From NCBI GenBank assembly GCA_037441705.1, contig JBBIRR010000026.1:1-60030 (forward strand): a DNA stretch of 60,030 bases. The letters run 5' to 3'. The stretch is from Ignavibacteriales bacterium. GTDB lineage: Bacteria; Bacteroidota; Ignavibacteria; UBA10030; UBA6906. Below are positions 20,574 through 30,431 of this stretch, piece after piece (the stretch's first letter is position 1; each line of letters begins with the position of its first letter). The position numbers and the translations under genes were made by a program. Below the pieces are notes generated by a model. It was not told the origin of the DNA. It saw only the letters and a list, made by a program, of their open reading frames with translations, and did no database searches.

Positions 20574-21224
20574 TCAACATCCTTCCTTCTTTTTCTTCTT
20601 CGGCGCGCCGATGGATGCGGCGGGTGCTGAAGGCATTGGCAACTTCGGCATGACCAACTGCGGAGCGGAAGCCGCGCTTCCCGTCTGCGGCGAGCCGCCG
20701 AAGAATTTACTCACCTCTTTCCGTTTCTCGAATGCCGCCTTCTCTTCCGGCGAGGGGTTTTCCGCAAGCGAGGGGAAGAGAATGCGATCCTTCCACTCAG
20801 CCAATCCGTCTCTCAGCAAATAAACATTCTTGTACTTCAACGCCTTGAGCAAGAACCACGCTTGCGCGGAATGCGTCCCTCCTTCCGAATACAGAATGAT
20901 CTTCTCGTTGCGCAGCAGGCCCGCATCGGGCAGCGACGCGATGGGAATGTTCTCCGCGCCGGGGATGTGGTACTCCTCGAGGTCCTTCGCACTCCGCAAA
21001 TCAATCAGCCGGTAATCGGCCTTACCCTTGATGATCCAATCGGCAAGCTCATCAACGGTGACGTGATCAACTTCCTTCTCCACCATCACGGCAAGTTCTT
21101 TCGCGTTGATGGTTGCGGTGCTGCCGGTGTAGGGGCTTCCAGCAAAGATCGCGAGAAACCCGAACAGCCCGGCAACCAGCGCAAGTTTCTGATTGGGTGT
21201 AAGGGATGAAAGAGTGAACTTCAT
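20574..21224 (-). CDS. Membrane-anchored rhodanese-like domain protein with C-terminal Cys tail
   Basis: LIDLR...YHIPGAENI...LRDGLAEW rhodanese fold, N-terminal TM helix, ends KKKKKEGC. Confidence 0.82.
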   Translation of the reverse strand: MKFTLSSLTPNQKLALVAGLFGFLAIFAGSPYTGSTATINAKELAVMVEKEVDHVTVDELADWIIKGKADYRLIDLRSAKDLEEYHIPGAENIPIASLPDAGLLRNEKIILYSEGGTHSAQAWFLLKALKYKNVYLLRDGLAEWKDRILFPSLAENPSPEEKAAFEKRKEVSKFFGGSPQTGSAASAPQLVMPKLPMPSAPAASIGAPKKKKKEGC

Positions 21225-21823
21225 GGTGCTGCCTCCTTCTTTGCCGCAAGTCTCTTCTCGACCCACTCCGCTCCGGCAAATCCGCCCAACGCCATCAGCA
21301 CAACAAGAAATACGATCACGCCGTACGACACGCCGAAGAGCTGTGGCAGAGTGACCTGCCCCATGGGAGTTGCGTAGTAGAACTCCCTGAGGAGCGGAAA
21401 CATCTCGCCGAACGCAAAGATACCCGCGATGATGCCGAGTAGATAGATCATTGCATCATACTTCTCTGTCGCGGCGCCGACGCACGACGTGCCCGGACAA
21501 TATCCTCCGATGACAAACCCGACTCCCAGAATCAATCCGCCGATTGTTTGAGGAATGATGTAGGTGGGACTGACATAGACCAACGACAGATCAACGACGC
21601 CCAGAACACCGAGCCAGAAAAGTCCCACCATGGCTGTGACAATGGCGGTGAACATGACCTTGAAGACCGTCATGTCGTAGAGATAGAACTGCGCGGCGAG
21701 TTTGCGTCCGCTGCCGAAGCCTGCGCGTTCGAGAAAGAAACCGAAACCGATGCCGATGACGAAGGCGATGATGAGACCGACTTCCTCGCCGAAGTATCCA
21801 AACTTGAAGAACGGTGCGTTCAT
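21221..21823 (-). CDS. YeeE/YedE-family sulfur-compound transporter (half)
   Basis: GFGFFLERAGF, VFKVMFTAI and GFVIGGYCPGTS. Translationally coupled to both neighbours. Confidence 0.88.
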   Translation of the reverse strand: MNAPFFKFGYFGEEVGLIIAFVIGIGFGFFLERAGFGSGRKLAAQFYLYDMTVFKVMFTAIVTAMVGLFWLGVLGVVDLSLVYVSPTYIIPQTIGGLILGVGFVIGGYCPGTSCVGAATEKYDAMIYLLGIIAGIFAFGEMFPLLREFYYATPMGQVTLPQLFGVSYGVIVFLVVLMALGGFAGAEWVEKRLAAKKEAAP

Positions 21824-22395
21824 GTCCACTGCCTCCGGAAGAAATAAGCAACTGCGTAGCCGCCCGCGAACACCGCGAGCATGAAAGCCCAACTCCCGAC
21901 GCCGAGCAGCGCGCCGCCGGTGAGCGCCTGTCCGCTGGTGCAGCCGCGGGCAAGCTTTGCACCGAAGCCCATCAGCACGCCGCCGATGAAGGCGAAGATC
22001 AAACGCGTACGTGTGGTGATGCGCGGACCTTTTTCGACCGTGCCTTTGATGCGATGCGCCAACGACCCGGAGACGAACCCGCCGACGAGAACGCCGAGGA
22101 CTTCGAACACCAACCACTCTTTGAGCGGATGGTGTGTGCCGTCGCCGAGATACTCCGCGAAGAACTCGTTGGACTTCGCATGCTCGGGTGATACGGCCTG
22201 CACGCCGAACGACACGAGCGAACTGAACGCGCCCGATGCGCCGAGGCCCCGTCCCATAATGACGAACGCAGCAAGCAGCACAAGTCCCAACCCCACGCCG
22301 GCGAGGTACGGATTCATGTACGGCCGCGCTTTCTTCTCCGCTCGCGTCTGAACCTGTGGAATTGCTTCATCTACCAAAACAGCTCGTGTTGTCAT
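21820..22395 (-). CDS. YeeE/YedE-family sulfur-compound transporter (half)
   Basis: NPYLAG, GLGASG and GFGAKLARGCTSGQ. Confidence 0.88.
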   Translation of the reverse strand: MTTRAVLVDEAIPQVQTRAEKKARPYMNPYLAGVGLGLVLLAAFVIMGRGLGASGAFSSLVSFGVQAVSPEHAKSNEFFAEYLGDGTHHPLKEWLVFEVLGVLVGGFVSGSLAHRIKGTVEKGPRITTRTRLIFAFIGGVLMGFGAKLARGCTSGQALTGGALLGVGSWAFMLAVFAGGYAVAYFFRRQWT

Positions 22396-22453
22396 ACTGC
22401 ATATCTCCGATGTGTTGTCGTTTGATCTTTCCTCACCCTCAGTTCAAAACTCT

Positions 22454-23398
22454 CTACATTCCTGCCATGGCCCAATGACTGTACTGTCCCGCGGAGACGA
22501 TGACAAACCGCAGAATCAATCCTCCGGCGATCACCATGATGGGCGCGACGGGTGTGTGCTGTACTTTGTGATTGACTGCCAGCAACTGCACGATGAGAGG
22601 AATGAAAATCCCTAACCCGATGACGAACACCCAGAACACGGCGGCGTACGGTCCAGAAAGCAACAGGTGCGCAGCCGATTGATGTGCTTGCGTCGAGCTG
22701 AGCAACCCGATGAGGAACTGAGCGAAGAGGAAGAGTTCGAACACCAGGAAGCCGTTATCCGCCTTCGCCAGCAGTTCGCGCTCGTACACGTCATCCGTGA
22801 TCATGTGAACGAAGGCAGCAGCCGACGACAGTCCGCTCGTGAGAAAGAGCACCCAGAGGATCGAGCTGTTCCAGAGCGGCCGCGCGCCGAGCGCGCTCAA
22901 GAGGACGCCCGTATACATGCCGAGGATCGCGCCGACGATCATGCTGAGCACGCCCACATTCTTGACGGCCGTCGGATGGCGATTGATGAAGGCCGAAATC
23001 GTGTCGAACAGTTTGATGCGATTCTGAAATGCCGGCGGAATGCGCGTCAGCGTCGTGGCGAGCAGCGTAGGATAGACGAGAATGAGAATCCACGATCCCC
23101 ACGACATAGGCGAGGCAATCTTGAACGTCGTGTACAGCCGCCACACATACAGCTTGTGTTCAAGGTCGAGAAAGAGCGCCAGCATCCCCGCCGTCAGCAG
23201 CACAAGACTGATGTGCGGTAGCCAGAAGCACGAGAAGTAGCTGTGCTTGTGCCTCCCCTTGAAAATGAAGTAGCCGGAGATGATCATGATGCCGGCAACG
23301 AGTCCGCCGAGAAACAGATACACCGGAATCTCCCAGCCCCAGATGTGGAGCGACGGGTCAACTTGTGGATTCGATCGTGTTGTGGTCAGTTCGTGCAT
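22454..23398 (-). CDS. Polysulfide reductase membrane anchor (NrfD/PsrC family)
   Basis: WGWEIPVYLFLGG, LFLDL, SPMSWGSW, YTGVLL and RPLWNS; about 8 TM helices. Confidence 0.92.
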   Translation of the reverse strand: MHELTTTRSNPQVDPSLHIWGWEIPVYLFLGGLVAGIMIISGYFIFKGRHKHSYFSCFWLPHISLVLLTAGMLALFLDLEHKLYVWRLYTTFKIASPMSWGSWILILVYPTLLATTLTRIPPAFQNRIKLFDTISAFINRHPTAVKNVGVLSMIVGAILGMYTGVLLSALGARPLWNSSILWVLFLTSGLSSAAAFVHMITDDVYERELLAKADNGFLVFELFLFAQFLIGLLSSTQAHQSAAHLLLSGPYAAVFWVFVIGLGIFIPLIVQLLAVNHKVQHTPVAPIMVIAGGLILRFVIVSAGQYSHWAMAGM

Positions 23399-23411
23399 AG
23401 GTCAAAAGCTT

Positions 23412-23951
23412 TCATGTCAAATAGAAAATCCTTGGCTGCGTGCCGGCTTCCGGCATCAACGCGTGATGCTTGCGCGAGGCAAGCAGCGTGCTGACGTTGC
23501 TGTGCGGATCGTCGAGGTCGCCGAAGTACATGCAGCGCGTGGGACAAACCGCCACGCACGCCGGATCAAGTCCCTTCTCCACGCGATGAATGCAGAAGGT
23601 ACATTTGTCCGCGTAGCCCTCAGGATGAATGAAGCGCGCATCGTACGGGCACGACGCAATGCAGGCCTTGCAGCCGATGCACTCATTCTTCGTAACCAGC
23701 ACGACCTTGCCAAGCTCATGCACATGACTTGCGCCCGTCGGGCAGCAACTGACACACGGAGGGTTGTCGCAGTGGTTGCACCGCTCCGACCGAATCTCCA
23801 TGTGCAGCGTCGGGAAGGTTCCCTTCACGTCCTGCGTAATCCAATCGCGGTTGTAGCCTTCGGGTATGCTGTTCTCCGTCTTGCAGGCAACAACGCAATC
23901 CATGCAGCCGACGCATTTGGTCGTGTCAATCACCATGCCGAATCGTGCCAT
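23412..23951 (-). CDS. 4Fe-4S dicluster electron-transfer subunit (PsrB/NrfC-like)
   Basis: CVGCMDCVVAC, CNHCDNPPCVSCCP, CIGCKACIASCP and CTFC...CVAVCP. Confidence 0.93.
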   Translation of the reverse strand: MARFGMVIDTTKCVGCMDCVVACKTENSIPEGYNRDWITQDVKGTFPTLHMEIRSERCNHCDNPPCVSCCPTGASHVHELGKVVLVTKNECIGCKACIASCPYDARFIHPEGYADKCTFCIHRVEKGLDPACVAVCPTRCMYFGDLDDPHSNVSTLLASRKHHALMPEAGTQPRIFYLT

Positions 23952-23953
23952 GA

Positions 23954-26149
23954 CTACGCCACCTCCTGTTCGATGGTGACGAAGTTCATGTTCGATGCGG
24001 TGCCGCCCATCAGCGGATCGACTTCGTAGCGCGTCAGAAGCTGCGCATCGCTCGCCCCTTTGCCGAACGCGAACGTCAGTCCCTTTGCCGTGTGTCCGAA
24101 CCCGTGCACCATGTACACGCAGTCGGGGCGAATACGCTCGGTGGCTTTGACTTTGATGCGATTGCTGACGACGCCGTCTTGATTCCTGAGCCGTACATAA
24201 TCGCCGCTCTTCACTCCGTGCCTCGCCGCAACCGTCGCGTTGATCCACACTTCGTTCTCGCTCATCATATCCATCAACACGTGGTTGGATTGCGTGCGAC
24301 TGAACGAATGCACCGGCGCACGTCCGTAGAGCAGGCGGAACGTTCCGGGCGGTCCGTTCGCAGGCCGCCGATACCGCGGCACAGGATCGAAGCCCTTCGC
24401 TTGAAGCTGCAGCGAGTAGAACTCGATCTTGCCCGAAGGCGTCGGGAACTCCGCTGGTACGCCTTCATCGAAGTAGATGGGTTGTCGCGGACCTCGGATG
24501 ATGCCGTTCTTCTTCAACTCTTCATAACTCAACCCTGCGGCGTTCAAACGATATCGGAAATACTCCTCGATGTCGTTCCAGGGATAGTAGTGGCCGAGGC
24601 CCAATTTCTCTGCAAGCTTCTTCGCGATCCACCAATTTGGCTTTTGTTCATGAGGAGATTCCACAACCGGTTGGCGCAATGCAACGAACGGCTCGCGGAA
24701 CCATTCCACGTTCAAATCGTCATGACGTTCGAGATAGACGGATTCAGGAAGAACAACATCCGCCCAGCCGGCAATCTCACTCGGAATCACATCTACCACA
24801 ACAAGCAGGTCGAGATTCTGAACTGCCTTGATCGTCTCCGTCTCATTCGGCAGTGCGTGCAGCAGATTGGTTGCATACACAAACCATCCCTTGATGGGAT
24901 ACGGCTTGCCGGTGATGGTTGCTTCGCGAATTCCCGTCGTAATCGTCTCGTGCGCAAACGGATACTTGTGGTCGGGATTGTCAACTTTCGGCTTTGTCGG
25001 TGTGGGATATTCTGGGTAGGGATAGGGCGGCACGTCCATGCTCACCGGCGTGTAGAATCCACCTTTGCGTCCCCAACTGCCGAGCAGCGCGTTCAGGAGC
25101 GCAATGGCGCGACTGCGTTGCGTGTCGTCGCCGTACCAGGTGACGTGACGACCCGGATGAACGAGTGTCGCGGGCTTATAGCGCGCCATCTCGCGCGCGG
25201 TCTCGCGAATCACCTCCGGCTCGATCCCCGTTTCAGGATACGCCCACTCAGGAGTGTACTGCTGGATAATTGCGGCAAACTGGTCGAACCCGAAGCCGTA
25301 CTTCCTCACGTAGTCTTCGTCGTATAGCGTTTCATTGACGATGACATTCATCCACGCAAGGAGAAGTGCAAGGTCGGTTCCCGGTTTGATGGGGAGATAA
25401 TACTTTGCCTTGCTCGCAGCAACGGAGAAGCGTGGGTCAACGACGATGATGCTCGCGCCGTTCTCGATTGCTTCGGCAAACTCCTGCACCTGTGTGTTGT
25501 GCATGTTCTCGCCGAGGTGACTGCCGATGAGCACGAGGCATTTCGTGTTCTTGATGTCCGTGCGTTCGGGCGAGCTGACATCTTCGCCGAACGTCAGGCG
25601 AAAGCCGACATCCCGCGGTCCGCGGCATTGAGCGAACGACGGTGCCGCAATGTTCGGCGTGCCGAATGCCTTCAGCGTATGCTTGAAGAAGTTCCCGCCG
25701 ATACCGTGACTGAACAGCGCAACGGCTTCGGGTCCGTGGTGCGCTTTGATCTTCTGCATCTTCTCGGCGATGTAGCCGAGCGCCTCATCCCACGTTACTT
25801 CCACCCACTCCTCCTTGCCGCGCGCACGTTTGCGCATCAGCGGAGCGCGCAGCCGGTCGGGATCGTCATGCGCGCCAACGCCGCCGGTACCCCGCGGGCA
25901 CAGTCGTCCTCGACTCAGCGGATCGAGCGGGTTGCCTTCCACTTTCCACAACTTGCCGTCTCGAACGTATGCAACCGCTCCGCACTTCCAGAAGCACATG
26001 TCGCAGAAGGTGGGAACGGTGTGAATGCCGGTTGACGGCTTCTGCGTGGAGAGGAGCTGCGTTCCTTTCAGCACGGCGGCTCCTGCTGCCCCAACACCGA
26101 TGGTGGCTCCGCTGATTTTCAGAAACTTTCTTCGTGATATCGCGTTCAT
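23954..26149 (-). CDS. Molybdopterin oxidoreductase catalytic subunit, polysulfide/thiosulfate reductase type (PsrA/PhsA-like)
   Basis: Tat signal SRRKFLK, CDMCFWKC...LCPRG Fe-S motif, Cys ligand region SFAQCRG, and a C-terminal molybdopterin dinucleotide domain (VHGFGH). Confidence 0.88.
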   Translation of the reverse strand: MNAISRRKFLKISGATIGVGAAGAAVLKGTQLLSTQKPSTGIHTVPTFCDMCFWKCGAVAYVRDGKLWKVEGNPLDPLSRGRLCPRGTGGVGAHDDPDRLRAPLMRKRARGKEEWVEVTWDEALGYIAEKMQKIKAHHGPEAVALFSHGIGGNFFKHTLKAFGTPNIAAPSFAQCRGPRDVGFRLTFGEDVSSPERTDIKNTKCLVLIGSHLGENMHNTQVQEFAEAIENGASIIVVDPRFSVAASKAKYYLPIKPGTDLALLLAWMNVIVNETLYDEDYVRKYGFGFDQFAAIIQQYTPEWAYPETGIEPEVIRETAREMARYKPATLVHPGRHVTWYGDDTQRSRAIALLNALLGSWGRKGGFYTPVSMDVPPYPYPEYPTPTKPKVDNPDHKYPFAHETITTGIREATITGKPYPIKGWFVYATNLLHALPNETETIKAVQNLDLLVVVDVIPSEIAGWADVVLPESVYLERHDDLNVEWFREPFVALRQPVVESPHEQKPNWWIAKKLAEKLGLGHYYPWNDIEEYFRYRLNAAGLSYEELKKNGIIRGPRQPIYFDEGVPAEFPTPSGKIEFYSLQLQAKGFDPVPRYRRPANGPPGTFRLLYGRAPVHSFSRTQSNHVLMDMMSENEVWINATVAARHGVKSGDYVRLRNQDGVVSNRIKVKATERIRPDCVYMVHGFGHTAKGLTFAFGKGASDAQLLTRYEVDPLMGGTASNMNFVTIEQEVA

Positions 26150-26183
26150 ATCTGGTTCATACTCAGAGGGTTCTTGATCCGAT

Positions 26184-26660
26184 TCAGAGAGCGAGAGGCT
26201 CTTCGACGCCGAGCGTGCAGTTGGCGATCGTCCTTTTCAATGCCTCGCAGCTCGCAATCGCGGTGTACACGACGCACGTTCGGCATTCGGTGCTCCGGCA
26301 CTCCCACGATTTTCTCGAGGCCATCCAGCACGGCGTGTCGTGCCGCTGGAATGCCTCGCATTTCATCCGCTCGTCGGGCGGGCAGTTCTTGATCGTCCAG
26401 CACGGGATGAGCGAAAGCAAGCGCCTGATGCCGGCAATGCTCACCTTATCATGGTTGATCATGTGTCGGATGCAGCGAATGCGTTCGATGTCGGCCGGCG
26501 AGAAGCGGCGATGCTTCGAGCGTTTGCGATTGGGAATGATCAATCCCTCACGCTCATACATCCTGATGGTGGGAATCGAGATGCCAAGAATATCTGCCGC
26601 TTCGCCGATGGTGTAGAGCGTAGCAACCGGCAGTGGACTGGTTTGATAATCGGCGGTCAT
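26184..26660 (-). CDS. MerR-family regulator with Cys-rich (two-CW-like) C-terminal domain
   Basis: YTIGEAADILGISIPTIRMYEREGLI HTH followed by PCW..C......C......PCW......C....C..C. Confidence 0.85.
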   Translation of the reverse strand: MTADYQTSPLPVATLYTIGEAADILGISIPTIRMYEREGLIIPNRKRSKHRRFSPADIERIRCIRHMINHDKVSIAGIRRLLSLIPCWTIKNCPPDERMKCEAFQRHDTPCWMASRKSWECRSTECRTCVVYTAIASCEALKRTIANCTLGVEEPLAL

Positions 26661-26832
26661 GGCGAATCCTCCCATAAAATCTGCCAATCATAAGTACAGA
26701 ATCAGTGCCACACGCGAAGTGCAGCAAATGACAGATTTTTGGAAAGAAGATCGGATCAGATTGCCGAGGATGGGAAACCGAATGAGGCGGATTCTCAGAA
26801 ATGAAACGGGCAACGCGCGTATGCATTCAGAG

Positions 26833-26862
26833 AAAAAAAGGGACAGACAAACTGCCTGTCCC
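26833..26862 (-). terminator. Intrinsic terminator after the OsmC gene
   Basis: GGGACAG...CTGTCCC stem next to an A7 run (U-tract on the minus strand). Confidence 0.7.
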
Positions 26863-26885
26863 CACAAAAGGAAAATCTGCCTTCG

Positions 26886-27347
26886 TTAGTTGGTTGAAGC
26901 TTGCAGCTCCGCCGTTGAGACTTTCGAGGGCTCGATGCGATACGAGTGCGTGATCTTGACGGCTTTGCTCAGCATCGCCGAGACCGAACAGTACTTTGTG
27001 GTGGAAAGCTCGATGGCGCGTTCGACGTCTGCGGGATTGATGTTCTCGCCGTAGAATACATACTCGAGGTGAAGGTCCGTAAACACCTGAGGATGTTCTT
27101 CACGCGTGTTACCCGAGATATGAATCTCGAACCCATCGAGCGGCACGCGCTTCTTCTTTAGAATGGGAATGACATCCATTGCCGTGCAGCCGCCGAGAGC
27201 AAACATCAATAACTCCTTCGGCGACGATGCGGCTTCACTTCCACCGAACATCGGCCCGCCGTCCATCATCACCCAGTGGTTTGAGTCGCCTTTTGCTGCG
27301 AGCGTGATTCCTTGAAGCTGCTTAACGATCGCTTTCTTCTTTGCCAT
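26886..27347 (-). CDS. OsmC/Ohr-family protein (YhfA-like)
   Basis: SPKELL...LGGCTAMD and KYCSV two-Cys pattern. Confidence 0.9.
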   Translation of the reverse strand: MAKKKAIVKQLQGITLAAKGDSNHWVMMDGGPMFGGSEAASSPKELLMFALGGCTAMDVIPILKKKRVPLDGFEIHISGNTREEHPQVFTDLHLEYVFYGENINPADVERAIELSTTKYCSVSAMLSKAVKITHSYRIEPSKVSTAELQASTN

Positions 27348-27577
27348 GGGACCCTTTCGATTGAGAGATTCTGAAATCTGTCAGCTCAAAATGCAGATTC
27401 CATGCCGACGCGGCAGGTCGTCAAAACTGCTCAAATGAGCCACTTCTTGCCCCGGCGTTCCGACAAGTGAGAAGAATTCTCAGCGATAGAACGCCGCGCG
27501 GCACTCGCCTGTCCGCACAACATACGATGCATGAGAGCAGACGAAAGGGTCAAGTCCAACCACCGACGGGGAATTCC

Positions 27578-29155
27578 TTATCTCACCAACATCATTTTCC
27601 TGGTTCGCGTGAGAGACGCTGTCGTGAGCTGGGCGAAATACACGCCGCTTGCAGCTTGCGCCCCCGATGTTGTCGAACCATCCCACGTGACGGTGTACGT
27701 ACCCGCGAGAGCATTGCCGAGATCGTACGTTCGAATCTCTCTGCCCAACATGTCAACGATCTTCAACGAGGCGTTCGTCCGTTCCGGCAACACAACAGTA
27801 ATGGTGGTTGAGGGATTGAAAGGATTCGGATAGTTCCACAGCAACACATGTTCGGAGGGTGTTGCCTTTGGATCAATCACCGCCGTTACACCGGAGCGAC
27901 GACGGTAATACACACGACGCGTCATAGGTGAAGTTGAAATGATGACCTCATAGTTTGTGCAGTACGCACCGTCGGGGAAAAGGGTGGCAGCTTTGAACGC
28001 GACGCTGAGCGTGTCCCAATCGGTGACGAACTCCGGCACGCTCCAACTCAGCCCGCGGTCGGTCGAGTACGAGATCACGATATCGGAGCGGTCCTGGCCG
28101 TTGAAGAAATCCCGTTCATCCTTCCACATACACCACAGGACGTTGCGAACAGGATCGTACCGATTGCCCTCGTTCAGATGCGAGCGGATGGTACCTCCGG
28201 CTTCCGAGAGTTGCTGCTCGGTGCTCCATGATGCACCGAGATTGTCACTCCAGCGATACCGGATATTGGCTCCCCAGAAGGGATTGCCCGCAGGGTATTG
28301 ATGATAGAAGAGATGAATGCGATTCTGTGTATCAATCACGATGTCGGGATCGCTCTCGTAATGCACGGAGGCAGCGACCTGCTGCGGTGCCCGCCATGAG
28401 ACGCCTCCATCGGTGCTCACACTCATCAGCACATCCCATTTGTTTTGTGGAACGGCCGAGCTATCGCGCCAGGCGATTGCAAGCGTATCACCATTGGCCA
28501 CATCAAACTGACCACGCGGGAATGCCGAATGCCTTCCGTCGAGGTCGCTGAGGCGAATGGGCGCGCTCCACGTCAACCCTCCGTTGGTCGAGCGACACGT
28601 AAAGCTCTCCACAATCTCCCCTGCTTCCATATTTCCTTCATGCCATATCACGTGCAAGCGATTCCTCCCATCCACCGTCAGATGCGTGGAGGCAAACGTC
28701 GGGTAGAGCGTCGGGGATGCAACGCGGATCGTATCCGACCGGAGCGTGAGCGATGTGTCGTAGCGAACAAGATACAGCGCGGCGGGATTGCGCGAGGAGA
28801 ACAGCACGAAAAGATTATCGGCAGCATCCATGGCGAGTTTCGGGCTTGACCCTCCTACCACCAAAGTCATCGGCGTGATCGGAACCGGTGAGTGCCAGTT
28901 CGTTGCGCTATCCAAAAAGGTGAGATAGTTTCCGATCGTTACCTGTGTCGTCGGATCCGCTTCTACCGTCGCAACAAAGACCCTTCCCCGTGACGATACC
29001 GCCATGTTGTTGAAGAGGACTCCCCGTTGGGACGCGCCGGGATTGACCAACGGCAGCGGAATCTCGGGTCCCCAGAGCGGACCTACCCCGTGTTGAGCAA
29101 AACCGACGCATGTGCAGAGGATCAGCACGATCGCAGTGTGAACAAGGAATGCCAT
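27578..29155 (-). CDS. Secreted BNR/Asp-box (sialidase-like) propeller protein with FlgD-Ig/T9SS C-terminal domain
   Basis: STNGGLTW, STDGGVSW, SDNLGASW and STDRGLSW Asp boxes; NYPNPFNPST...TWDG...SGVYF tail. Confidence 0.82.
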   Translation of the reverse strand: MAFLVHTAIVLILCTCVGFAQHGVGPLWGPEIPLPLVNPGASQRGVLFNNMAVSSRGRVFVATVEADPTTQVTIGNYLTFLDSATNWHSPVPITPMTLVVGGSSPKLAMDAADNLFVLFSSRNPAALYLVRYDTSLTLRSDTIRVASPTLYPTFASTHLTVDGRNRLHVIWHEGNMEAGEIVESFTCRSTNGGLTWSAPIRLSDLDGRHSAFPRGQFDVANGDTLAIAWRDSSAVPQNKWDVLMSVSTDGGVSWRAPQQVAASVHYESDPDIVIDTQNRIHLFYHQYPAGNPFWGANIRYRWSDNLGASWSTEQQLSEAGGTIRSHLNEGNRYDPVRNVLWCMWKDERDFFNGQDRSDIVISYSTDRGLSWSVPEFVTDWDTLSVAFKAATLFPDGAYCTNYEVIISTSPMTRRVYYRRRSGVTAVIDPKATPSEHVLLWNYPNPFNPSTTITVVLPERTNASLKIVDMLGREIRTYDLGNALAGTYTVTWDGSTTSGAQAASGVYFAQLTTASLTRTRKMMLVR

Positions 29156-29237
29156 ACTACCCCCGAAGAATGTGAGAATGAACGAGTGAAAACATTTTCT
29201 CACATTCGACAGCAAAACCTTCTGCAGGTTTAATGCG

Positions 29238-30278
29238 TCAGTACCCTTCCGGGTGCAGCTTGACTTTTCCTCTGAACGAGTAAAACAGATAGGTAAAATA
29301 CCCCAGGGCGATCACAATGCCGATGGTCCACCAAACAATCCCGACGCCGAGTCCGTACTCGCCGGCCGCCGTGTTGTACACAGTGAGATTGAACTTTGGA
29401 TCGGTGGAGGCCGGAAGGACATTCGGAAAGAGTCCGAACGCCGTGCTTGCGAGCATCGCTCCGATGAACGTAGAGGAGGAAAGAAAGGCTTTGGTATCGT
29501 CCTTGGTGCGACGGAAGACGAACATTCCGCCCAAGCCCAGAAGTGCAAGCAGCGGGAGGCAGTAGCCCCACGGATGTTCGGCGTAGTTGTTCCAGATTTC
29601 GGGGCGGATCGAGGATGCCGCAACCAGTGTCACAATGGTAAGCACGAGTACGCCCCAAACGGCAAGCGCCGCAACACGTCGGGATCGCTCCTGCACGGCG
29701 CCGTTCGTTTTCATGGCAAGATAGTTGGCACCGTGTACCTTCAGCGTTGCCGCAGCAACCAGCCCCATGAGTACGGTGAACCAGTCGAGTATGCCGGCTT
29801 CCGGCTGAACCGTGAAGGACGTCCATAGCGGCGCAAAGAAGTAGCCGTCGGCGTTGAGCGGCACACCGCGCACAACGTTGCCCAAAGCCGCGCCGAGAAA
29901 GATCGCCAGCAAACTGCTGCCGACGCAGAACGTGGTGTCCCAGAACGCCTTCCACAACGGATGGTCAACGTGATGGCGCAATTCGATGCCGAGTCCGCGC
30001 AGCATCAACAGCCACAGGACAATCACCAACGGCAGATAGAACCCGCTGAACGAGGAAGCATACAGGAGCGGAAACGCAAAGTAGAGCGTCCCGCCTGCTG
30101 CGAGCAGCCATACTTCGTTGCCATCCCACACCGGGCCGATGGCGCTCAACACCGTGCGGCGTTCCTCTTCAGTGCGTGCAACATACAAATGCAAAATGCC
30201 GGCTCCGAGATCGAACCCGTCGAGGATTGTGTACATCGCCAGCATGAATGCAACAACACAGAACCAGAGAATTTCCAT
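29238..30278 (-). CDS. cydB: Cytochrome bd ubiquinol oxidase subunit II
   Basis: LDGFDLGAG, GPVWDGNEVWL and LRGLGIELR. Confidence 0.96.
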   Translation of the reverse strand: MEILWFCVVAFMLAMYTILDGFDLGAGILHLYVARTEEERRTVLSAIGPVWDGNEVWLLAAGGTLYFAFPLLYASSFSGFYLPLVIVLWLLMLRGLGIELRHHVDHPLWKAFWDTTFCVGSSLLAIFLGAALGNVVRGVPLNADGYFFAPLWTSFTVQPEAGILDWFTVLMGLVAAATLKVHGANYLAMKTNGAVQERSRRVAALAVWGVLVLTIVTLVAASSIRPEIWNNYAEHPWGYCLPLLALLGLGGMFVFRRTKDDTKAFLSSSTFIGAMLASTAFGLFPNVLPASTDPKFNLTVYNTAAGEYGLGVGIVWWTIGIVIALGYFTYLFYSFRGKVKLHPEGY

Positions 30279-30386
30279 AGTGACTCCATTCCGTGAAAAG
30301 TGAATACAACGAACCGTGCAAATCACAATCGGATGCCGGAGATACGCGGCCGGCACTTAGCGCTCAAGCCGCCTGATGACCCCAAC

Positions 30387-30424
30387 TCCTGCATCCTCCA
30401 TCCAGCATCCTGAACCTTGAACCT
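30387..30424. repeat. Short degenerate heptamer repeats (CATCCxG / TGAACCT) between cydA and cydB
   Basis: tcctgcatcctccatccagcatcctgaaccttgaacct. Its reverse complement resembles the GGATGCT array at ~31880. Confidence 0.45.
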
Positions 30425-30431
30425 GCCCCCT

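Noticed and set aside
20540-20580. Selenocysteine read-through at ...EGC-TGA of the rhodanese-like gene
   Set aside because: No convincing SECIS hairpin follows, and read-through would run antisense into the convergent response regulator. TGA is best read as stop.
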